NCBI GenBank assembly: GCA_044229845.1 | Contig: JBGASG010000001.1 | Span: forward strand, 128,001 to 192,000 | Direction of reading: 5' to 3' | DNA from: Candidatus Obscuribacteraceae bacterium | GTDB lineage: Bacteria > Cyanobacteriota > Vampirovibrionia > Obscuribacterales > Obscuribacteraceae | Length of the DNA: 64,000 nucleotides | Shown here: positions 56,923-64,000 of the stretch, one piece after another | Layout of the letters: each line of letters opens with the position of its first letter | How positions within the stretch are numbered: position 1 is the stretch's first letter | Translations under genes and position numbers: made by a program | Notes under the pieces: model-generated | The model's database searches: none | What the model was told of the DNA's origin: nothing | Seen by the model: the letters and a program-made list of their open reading frames with translations, nothing else

Positions 56923-57660
56923 TCATGTCGGTAATCTTCGCACCGGCTCGCGACCTTCTGCCTCGGTGGTATCATCCGCGGAGGCAGTGCGACTTTCTTG
57001 CCGCTGCTGTTTCGCGTGCTCTGACAGCTCGCCGAGCACGCCGTTGATGAACTTTGCAGCTTTGTCGTCGGCGAAACGGTGGGATAACTCGACCGCCTCG
57101 CTGATTGCTACTTTAATCGGCACATCCGGCATGAAAAAAGCTTCCGCGCAGGCCAGACGCAAAATATCGCGGTCGATGGAGACCATGCGTTCGAGCCGCC
57201 ATTTTTGCTTGACGTCGCTGATGTACTTATCGATCTGGGTTTTATGATCGAGATAGGTTGACACGAGGCGATAAAGAAACACGCGCGCCTCTGTCTCTCG
57301 TTGCGGACCCAGCTGTGCCGTCACCTCGGGCAGGTCCAGCGCCTCGGAGATGAGGTGCATGGCGCGTTCCAGCAGTTCTGTTTGCTGGCGCAACTGACCG
57401 GTCGTCACCGGCACCGGTTTCATGTCGTCAATGGTGTGGTCGTTTTCAGGATGCTCGACTTCGTACTCTGCAAGTTCAGCCTGGGCTTTCAAAACCATGC
57501 CATTGGCATCAGCCAGACATTGCTTGGCATAATCAGCCAGCATCTGGACAGCCCTGGTAGCCAGGTCGTCAAACTCAAGCCGGTCCAGCTTCGTCTTGTC
57601 CTTGGGAAGCTGGGGAAGCATGATTACTGCAAGTTCGCGGGCGATGCGTCTGGCGCTCAT
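56923..57660 (-). CDS. nusB: Transcription antitermination factor NusB
   Basis: RRIARELA, WRLERM..IDRDILRL, VAISEAVEL, FINGVL. Confidence 0.92.
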   Translation of the reverse strand: MSARRIARELAVIMLPQLPKDKTKLDRLEFDDLATRAVQMLADYAKQCLADANGMVLKAQAELAEYEVEHPENDHTIDDMKPVPVTTGQLRQQTELLERAMHLISEALDLPEVTAQLGPQRETEARVFLYRLVSTYLDHKTQIDKYISDVKQKWRLERMVSIDRDILRLACAEAFFMPDVPIKVAISEAVELSHRFADDKAAKFINGVLGELSEHAKQQRQESRTASADDTTEAEGREPVRRLPT

Positions 57661-57743
57661 ATGATCCGCATTTCAATATCAATAGAAACAGATGAATGCA
57701 CATGTTACCATGCTTGCGCTCGCAACCATGGACAGGTGGCAAT

Positions 57744-58304
57744 TTGCGAATCACGGGCGGGGATGCCAGAGGTCGATCAGTTGAGGCTCCTGAGGGACTG
57801 GAAGTGCGTCCCACCGGCGCCAAAGTCCGTCAGGCATTGTTTAACATTCTCGGCAGTCGCGTACCGGGTGCGCGTTTCTTAGATTTGTGCGCGGGTTCGG
57901 GACTGATGGGGCTGGAGGCGCTCAGCCGCGGCGCAAAGAGTCTGATTGCAGTCGAAGAAAATCGCAAAATGTCTCGCATCATCGAAGGGAATGTGAAGCA
58001 TCTCGGTTACCAGGCTGAAGTGATTACCGCCGATGTACGCAAAGTGATACCGATTCTCGAAGAGCGCTGCTTCGACATCGTCTTTGCCGACCCGCCCTAC
58101 AAGAGTCAACTGGCGTCGACAGTGGTCTCTATGATCGGCAAACACCAGTTGCTTTCAGACGCTGGTGTGTTGATGGTAGAACACGACCGCGCACTAGCAA
58201 TGCCCGACGCCACCGACTCGCTGGTGCTGGTCGACAGGCGAGTCTATGGGCAGACGGCAATATCTTTTTACGGGTACGACGGAAATGAGATCGACAATGA
58301 GTGA
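57744..58304 (+). CDS. rsmD: 16S rRNA m2G966 methyltransferase
   Basis: RITGG, RPT, LFNIL, LDLCAGSG, EALSRGA, FADPPY; TTG start inferred. Confidence 0.93.
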   Translation: MRITGGDARGRSVEAPEGLEVRPTGAKVRQALFNILGSRVPGARFLDLCAGSGLMGLEALSRGAKSLIAVEENRKMSRIIEGNVKHLGYQAEVITADVRKVIPILEERCFDIVFADPPYKSQLASTVVSMIGKHQLLSDAGVLMVEHDRALAMPDATDSLVLVDRRVYGQTAISFYGYDGNEIDNE

Positions 58305-58680
58305 TACGAAAAACATCATCGGCGCCAGCCGCGTAGTTGACTGGTTCGGCGAATGGCCTGACTTCGCCGAATCGCAAGTTCTGGAGATACATCTGGCGCG
58401 TGACGAAGATTCATGGCTGAAGCTGCGCACTCCGGAGAGTCCCGAAAAAGCTGCCACCGGCCGCGGTGCCGCCAAAACCGCCTTCGTGACCTTTTACTTC
58501 AACGGTGTCACCAACGCCGACTTGCAAAACTTCAATCAACAAAGCGTAGTCTCAGCCCTGGAAGTAGAGATGGCAGGCGATGAAATTCGAGTCACGCTGA
58601 AAGAGTCGAAAACCGGACTACACGGCAGCATCACCGCCGGCAAACTCTCAGTCGGAGTTTCCACCCAAATGCCGCTATGA
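58297..58680 (+). CDS. Imm50-like immunity protein
   Basis: FGEWPDF..S.VLEIHL and LQNFNQQSVVSAL resemble the Imm50 pattern FG.WP.FHD.E...FN.QN.L. Confidence 0.6.
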   Translation: MSDTKNIIGASRVVDWFGEWPDFAESQVLEIHLARDEDSWLKLRTPESPEKAATGRGAAKTAFVTFYFNGVTNADLQNFNQQSVVSALEVEMAGDEIRVTLKESKTGLHGSITAGKLSVGVSTQMPL

Positions 58681-58704
58681 TGATTTGGAGGGATCCCGTT
58701 TTGC

Positions 58705-58746
58705 CCCTTAGTGAAAATCAACACTTCTGTTGATTTTCACTAAGGG
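58705..58746. repeat. Perfect 19-bp inverted repeat between convergent genes
   Basis: CCCTTAGTGAAAATCAACA-CTTC-TGTTGATTTTCACTAAGGG. Confidence 0.9.
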
Positions 58747-58780
58747 AGAACAGGGGACTACCCGGACTGACTCTAGTCGG

Positions 58781-59299
58781 CTACTGGCTCTGAAAATAGG
58801 TCTTTTTCAGGAGCGCGACGTCGGGATTGCGCGAGAGTTTGCGTAAATCCGTCCAGCGCAAAATCGCCAGCACCAGACCAGTTGTTGATGTGACAGCGAT
58901 GGCAGCGATGAATATCGGATGCGGGATGCCCAGCTGAATTTTGATCAGCGTAGGATTGACGAGCGCCATCATGCCGAAAAGAAACGGAATGCCTTGCAGG
59001 GCGATTTGCACGCGGGGCACATCCTGTGTGGGCAGACCTTGTTTGGTGAGAAACGGCGGCAGCATGCGGTGAGCGAGAAAAGCGGTGAAGCAAAAACTGA
59101 TCGCGATACCCCAGCCGACCATGCCGAAACTCTTGTCGCATAGCAGCACCGGAGGAAAAAACAGCAGGAACAGCGACCAGGCGAACTTACTCTGCAGGCG
59201 CCAGAGTTGCGACCGCAGTTGTTTCAACTCATCCGATTCAGCGGGTTCGGTAGTCTCTTCAGTTTCTTCCAGGGCGGCTGGTGGCGTTTCTTCACCCAT
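58781..59299 (-). CDS. Four-TM hypothetical membrane protein
   Basis: Acidic N-terminus then four hydrophobic segments; ATG at 59299. Confidence 0.65.
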   Translation of the reverse strand: MGEETPPAALEETEETTEPAESDELKQLRSQLWRLQSKFAWSLFLLFFPPVLLCDKSFGMVGWGIAISFCFTAFLAHRMLPPFLTKQGLPTQDVPRVQIALQGIPFLFGMMALVNPTLIKIQLGIPHPIFIAAIAVTSTTGLVLAILRWTDLRKLSRNPDVALLKKTYFQSQ

Positions 59300-59307
59300 G
59301 ATAATGC

Positions 59308-61632
59308 TTATCCGCAGCAACCGTCCGGCGGATGCACCAGGCCGTCGATGATATCGGCATTGGTGGCAGTCTGGGGTTGACCGCCGCCGTTACTAGATTC
59401 CGACTGGGCGGCACTGTCTTGTGATACCACTTCCGGTGACTCGTCTTTGGCTTGCGCGCTGGGACTGGGGGTGACTTTCTGTCCGCCCGAGACGGCTTGT
59501 TGCCCGCCCGAAATAGCCTGGCGTCCGCCGGAGATGCGCTGCTTGCCTGAGGACTCCTGATTCTCCGCTGCCGGCGGTGGCGGCACAGGCATGCGCCCGG
59601 TGGTCGTGGACGGATACTTGAGACGGTCGTGGTGCAAGGTTCTCCAGACGCGTACGAAGGCTTTGCGCACTTTGTCCAATTCGTCGTGGGTCAAAGATGA
59701 TTCATTGAATTGACCATCATCCCAGCGTGCCTTGAAGACGTTGGCCATCGCCTGTTCGACTTCTTCCTGGGATGGATCCTTCATGCTGTGCGTCACCGCT
59801 TCCGACACGTCGGCCAGCATGACGATGGCTGATTCGCGTGTCTGCGGCTTCGGTCCGGGATACCGGTAGTCCATTTCGTCTACCTTATCTTTGCCGTCGC
59901 GCATGCACGCCTTGTGATAGAAGTAAGCCATGATTGTGGTGCCCTGGTGTTCCGGAATGAACGCCTGCACCTGATCGGGCAAACCGTATTTCTGGGCCAG
60001 CTCGAGTCCGTTGGTGACGTGCGCCAGCACGCGTGCACGGCTCTCTTCCGGGGGAATGAAGTCGTGCGGGTTCTTATCGCCCAGCTGATTCTCGATGAAG
60101 AAACGCGGCGTCACCATCTTGCCGATATCGTGGTAGATGGCACCGGCACGCACGAGATTGACGTTGCAGCCGATGGCGCGTGCTCCGGCTTCGGCGAGGT
60201 TCGCCACCGCCAGGCTGTGCTGGTAAGTGCCCGGCGCGTTTTCTTCTAGTTGGCGCAAGAGCGGGTGATCCGCAGCTGTCAGCTCGGCAATACGGAACGG
60301 TGTCAGCATGCCAAACAAGCTTTCCAGAAACGGCAACGAGCCCATAGCCACAATAGCGGAGGACAGTCCGCCCAGCACTTGCAATGCCAGTTCGCTGCCG
60401 AAATTGATCGGCGTGTCGGGCATCTTGCCCAGTATGACGGCTGTGAAATAACCGATTGCCTGCACCAGACCGATCAGGAAACCAGCCACCATCAGATCTC
60501 TTCGCTTGTTGATTTTGTTGGCCAGAGCCATCGCTGATGCGGCAGTGAGCGCCACCAGATGAGGTCCTTCGATAACGTCGCCTAGAGAAAGGAAGATGAT
60601 CAGAAGGGTCGTCAAAATCAGCGCCAGTCGCCGACCGAATATGACCGACAAAACCAGTGCCGTGGCTGGCAACGGGATAAACTGCGGATACTGCTGACCG
60701 GCGAAGGTGGCGATGCCGCAGGTCACCACGCAAACAGTGGACATCAATCCGATTGCGGACGGCGAGAAGAACCACTTCTGTTCGAATGTATGGAGGTAGA
60801 TGCCGAACAAACCGAAGGCCGCCAGCAAGGCTGCCGCGATACCGGCGATGGTGCTCCAGTCCTGTACCTTGGTGATGCCGAGTTTGCTCAAAACTTCGAA
60901 TTGCATCGGCGTGATCGGCTCGCCGCGTTTGGCGATTACGGTACCTGCTTCGACTTCTTTTGTGACGGGTTTGGCTTCGGACAGCGCCTTCTCGACTTTG
61001 GCGCGGGTTGCTTCGTCGTTGATGACGATATTGGCATCAAGGACTTTGGTGGACACCAGTGCTGAGCTTTCTTTGCGCACCGCCGCCGGCCATTTTTCGG
61101 GAAGAAACTCTGCAAAGTTGTTGGCTAGCCGCTCTGCATGCGAGCCAGGATAGATGGTTGCCGAACCCAGAAATCTTTTGGTGGCAGATTGCAACTCGGA
61201 AGACCAGCCGCCCAGATCAGCGGGTTTGAGGTCGCGGGCGAGCATCTTGATGCTGGAAAGTTCCATCTGATCGTCGAGTTTCACCGAGCCGGGTTGGCTT
61301 TGTTCTTGTTTCACCAGCTCGATTTCTTTGCGCAGGCGCTCCAGCATCTGATCGTCGCGCTGAGCACTGTGTTCAAATACGGGCAGAGTGTGCCGGCGTA
61401 TTTGATCTTGCTGTTCGTGGGTGAGTTTTTCGTCCACGACCTCGACTTTGCCGGTTGACACCAGGTCGAAGGGCGCGATGGTTCCGGGCTTGAGCGGCAA
61501 TCCGATAAGGTGCGGCGCCGAGAGCGAGAAAATCACAGCAATGAAACTGACGACCACGACAGAAACCCACAGGAAAATTTCTCCCATAGAGAAGGAAGTT
61601 TCCTTGAAGTGGGTTTTGTGGTGAGGTGCCAT
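59308..61632 (-). CDS. 7TM-HD phosphohydrolase (PgpH-like)
   Basis: Extracellular domain, TM block, APGTYQHS, YHDIGK, HVTNG, EHQGT, YRYPGPKP, MLAD. Confidence 0.9.
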   Translation of the reverse strand: MAPHHKTHFKETSFSMGEIFLWVSVVVVSFIAVIFSLSAPHLIGLPLKPGTIAPFDLVSTGKVEVVDEKLTHEQQDQIRRHTLPVFEHSAQRDDQMLERLRKEIELVKQEQSQPGSVKLDDQMELSSIKMLARDLKPADLGGWSSELQSATKRFLGSATIYPGSHAERLANNFAEFLPEKWPAAVRKESSALVSTKVLDANIVINDEATRAKVEKALSEAKPVTKEVEAGTVIAKRGEPITPMQFEVLSKLGITKVQDWSTIAGIAAALLAAFGLFGIYLHTFEQKWFFSPSAIGLMSTVCVVTCGIATFAGQQYPQFIPLPATALVLSVIFGRRLALILTTLLIIFLSLGDVIEGPHLVALTAASAMALANKINKRRDLMVAGFLIGLVQAIGYFTAVILGKMPDTPINFGSELALQVLGGLSSAIVAMGSLPFLESLFGMLTPFRIAELTAADHPLLRQLEENAPGTYQHSLAVANLAEAGARAIGCNVNLVRAGAIYHDIGKMVTPRFFIENQLGDKNPHDFIPPEESRARVLAHVTNGLELAQKYGLPDQVQAFIPEHQGTTIMAYFYHKACMRDGKDKVDEMDYRYPGPKPQTRESAIVMLADVSEAVTHSMKDPSQEEVEQAMANVFKARWDDGQFNESSLTHDELDKVRKAFVRVWRTLHHDRLKYPSTTTGRMPVPPPPAAENQESSGKQRISGGRQAISGGQQAVSGGQKVTPSPSAQAKDESPEVVSQDSAAQSESSNGGGQPQTATNADIIDGLVHPPDGCCG

Positions 61633-61671
61633 TGTCCTGGTGACCGCAGCGCTTAGGACTGCGCTTGACGG

Positions 61672-62733
61672 TTAACTACCTTTGATTTTTGATTCTGCTG
61701 TCAGTTCTTGTCCGGTTACTTGCCCGCGAATGTCGCTGGGTGTTTCGTCTTCAGGATAAAAGTCGCTTTCCGTAGTATTTAGTGCCGTTCTGACCACATA
61801 AATTCGTTTACCCTGGGACTCATGATAGGTACGCATGTTAATTTCGGCAAGCAACCCCATCAAGATAAATTGTACGCCCAGCATAAAGAACATTGTGACC
61901 AAGACGGGCAGCGGGGTTTCGATGAAGGTCGTGTGATAGAACGCCTTCAGGATGATCATCCAGGCGAAACCGGCTATGGCAGCCGCAAACGACCAGAGTC
62001 CAGCCATGCCGAACACGTGAATCGGCTTGGTTGAGTACGCGGAGAGGAATTTCACGACAATCAGGTCGAGAACCACCTTAAACGTCCGCGAGATGCCGTA
62101 TTTGGAGACTCCGAATTGACGCGCATAGTGGCTGACGGGAATTTCGGTGACCCGGGCGCCCATCCAGGTGGCGTAAATCGGCACGAAACGGTGCATTTCT
62201 CCATAAAGCTTGATGTCCTTGATCACCTCGCGGCGGTAAGCCTTCAGACTGCATCCATAGTCGTGCAGGGGCACTCCGCTGATGATCGAGATGATTTTGT
62301 TGGCGGTCCAGGAGGGGATCAGGCGGGTGAAAAACTCGTCCTGGCGATCTTTGCGCCAGCCGCTCACCACGTCAAAACCCTCATCCAGCTTTTCGAGCAG
62401 GCGTTTGATGTCCACCGGGTCGTTTTGCAGGTCGGCGTCCATCGGGATAATCACCTGACCGACGGCATTATCGATACCGGCTGCCAGGGCGGCGGTCTGC
62501 CCGAAATTGCGTACGAAACGCACTACTTTAAACCGGCGCTCACGCTGCGCCATCTGTTCGAGCTTTTTGAACGAATTGTCGCGCGAGCCATCGTCGATAA
62601 AAATCACTTCCCACGGGCGATTGAGGCTGTTAAGGGAGGTGGTTAACTTATCCTGCAGCGAATCAAGACTGTCCTCTTCGTTGAAAACAGGGATGACGAC
62701 TGAGATTTCGGGATAGTAAGGTTGGCGCGGCAT
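61672..62733 (-). CDS. GT2 polyprenol-phosphate glycosyltransferase (DPM1/ArnC/GtrB-like)
   Basis: SVVIPVFNE, DDGSRD, RNFGQTAA, MDADLQNDP, DYGCSLKAYR, two C-terminal TMs. Confidence 0.9.
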   Translation of the reverse strand: MPRQPYYPEISVVIPVFNEEDSLDSLQDKLTTSLNSLNRPWEVIFIDDGSRDNSFKKLEQMAQRERRFKVVRFVRNFGQTAALAAGIDNAVGQVIIPMDADLQNDPVDIKRLLEKLDEGFDVVSGWRKDRQDEFFTRLIPSWTANKIISIISGVPLHDYGCSLKAYRREVIKDIKLYGEMHRFVPIYATWMGARVTEIPVSHYARQFGVSKYGISRTFKVVLDLIVVKFLSAYSTKPIHVFGMAGLWSFAAAIAGFAWMIILKAFYHTTFIETPLPVLVTMFFMLGVQFILMGLLAEINMRTYHESQGKRIYVVRTALNTTESDFYPEDETPSDIRGQVTGQELTAESKIKGS

Positions 62734-62876
62734 GTTGTATATGCATTCTGCCCGAAAAGGCCTGTAGCCTCACCCACACGACTTCTGCATTTATTCTAAC
62801 CGCCGGTTGTGGGGCAGTGTGCCATTATAAAGAGCGCAAACCTAAGCCTGGGTTGCACCTACTTAACCTGAGCAGT

Positions 62877-64000
62877 ATGACGATCGTTCCAAGTTCATTC
62901 AATTCTTTCGGCAAAGAGCACAAAACGCCTGCCGATGGGGATGGCAGCTCTAAGCCCAGGCGGGCAGAAGTGCTGGCGCCGGCCGAAACTCCTTCGGATA
63001 AGAAAACCGATTCGTCTTTACGACCGCAAAGTATTGCGGAATATATCGGTCAGTCGCGCCTGAAGACCATGTTGAGTATGTCTATTGCGGCCGCTAAGGC
63101 CCGCAAGGAGCCTCTCGACCATCTGCTTTTCTACGGTCCTCCCGGTCTCGGAAAGACCACGCTGGCCAACGTCTTAGCCAACGAAATGGCTTCCAAGATT
63201 CATTTGGCTACAGGTCCCAGCCTGGAGCGTCCCCGCGACATCATCGGGCTTTTGAACCAGCTCGAGGCAGGCGATGTTCTGTTTATCGATGAAATTCACC
63301 GCCTCAACCGCATAGCGGAAGAGCTGCTCTATCCAGCTATGGAAGACTTCGTGATCGATCTGACGTCGGGCAAAGGGCACGCCACGCGCACGATGCGCCT
63401 GCCGCTGCCGAAGTTTACTTTGATTGGCGCCACTACTAAGGCCGCCATGTTGTCCAACGCCCTGCGCGACCGTTTTGGATTTGTGCAGCGCCTGGACTTT
63501 TACTCGCAAGAAGAGTTGGGCGAGATTGTTGCCCGCACCAGTACCATCCTCAGTCTGCAGGTCGACCGTGATGCCGTCGCATTAATTGCCGGACGGGCAC
63601 GCGGCACGCCGCGCATCGCCAACCGCCTCGTGCGTCTGGTGCGCGACTTCTCCCAGTACAAGGGACAGCAGATCGTCACTGCCGCCCTGGTTCTCGAAGC
63701 CATGGACACGTATCAGGTGGACGCGTTCGGGCTGGATCCCACCGATCGCCGATTGTTGGAGATTCTCATCGACAGTTATGCCGGAGGGCCGGTCGGCATC
63801 GATGCGTTGGCTGCGACTCTAGGAGAGGATTCCGATACTCTAGAGAGTGTTTACGAGCCGTATTTGATCCAGCGCGGTCTGATTCAGCGCACACCGCGCG
63901 GACGCATCGCCACGCCGGAGACCTACCGGCACCTGGGGCGCACCTGCCCGGCCATCCAACTAAATCTGGGCGGCACCATATTTGGAGGCGAGCCGGGCAG
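62877..64000 (+). CDS. ruvB: Holliday junction helicase RuvB (runs off the window end)
   Basis: Read manually from ATG 62877: LRPQSIAEYIGQ, GPPGLGKTT, FIDEIHRL, GATT, LRDRFG, RGTPRIANRL, GGPVG, EPYLIQ. Confidence 0.95.
   Translation, partial: MTIVPSSFNSFGKEHKTPADGDGSSKPRRAEVLAPAETPSDKKTDSSLRPQSIAEYIGQSRLKTMLSMSIAAAKARKEPLDHLLFYGPPGLGKTTLANVLANEMASKIHLATGPSLERPRDIIGLLNQLEAGDVLFIDEIHRLNRIAEELLYPAMEDFVIDLTSGKGHATRTMRLPLPKFTLIGATTKAAMLSNALRDRFGFVQRLDFYSQEELGEIVARTSTILSLQVDRDAVALIAGRARGTPRIANRLVRLVRDFSQYKGQQIVTAALVLEAMDTYQVDAFGLDPTDRRLLEILIDSYAGGPVGIDALAATLGEDSDTLESVYEPYLIQRGLIQRTPRGRIATPETYRHLGRTCPAIQLNLGGTIFGGEPG

Noticed and set aside
49565..64000. ruvA and ruvB separated by about 12.7 kb on opposite strands as a rearrangement signal
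   Set aside because: Unlinked ruvA/ruvB occurs in various lineages, and no breakpoint repeats were seen.

Overview
Chromosomal bacterial window of moderately high GC with no prophage, IS, CRISPR or rRNA. Cyanobacteria-like housekeeping genes (sbcC, dnaE with the AEY|CFN site, aroC, a short aroF) and no photosynthesis genes in the window suggest a non-photosynthetic relative of Cyanobacteria such as Melainabacteria/Obscuribacterales (inference only). Contents: sbcC, rsmG, malQ, purB, an aromatic amino-acid cluster (aroA, aroC-aroB-pheA, aroF plus a CM/PDH fusion), an ECF sigma/anti-sigma module, speD, two membrane-fused spermidine-synthase-like genes (one broken by an internal deletion and frameshift), intein-free dnaE, ruvA, tRNA-Pro(CGG), ftsY, nusB, rsmD, a 7TM-HD phosphodiesterase, a GT2, and ruvB running off the end. 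The best finding is missed by the ORF track: a sigma70-type promoter followed by TWO tandem ribosome-mediated attenuators upstream of aroF-CM/PDH. The leader peptides are MTTAYFYFWFPEVHLA and MTTQRNWFYGYFFFARGFPG; each contains Phe, Tyr and Trp codons and has its own antiterminator/terminator pair. Several proteins look like pseudo-enzymes: a multicopper oxidase lacking its Cu ligands, a GGSEF cyclase retaining its I-site, and a J-like domain without HPD fused to MshEN-like repeats. All protein calls come from motif recognition by eye; no database searches were run.
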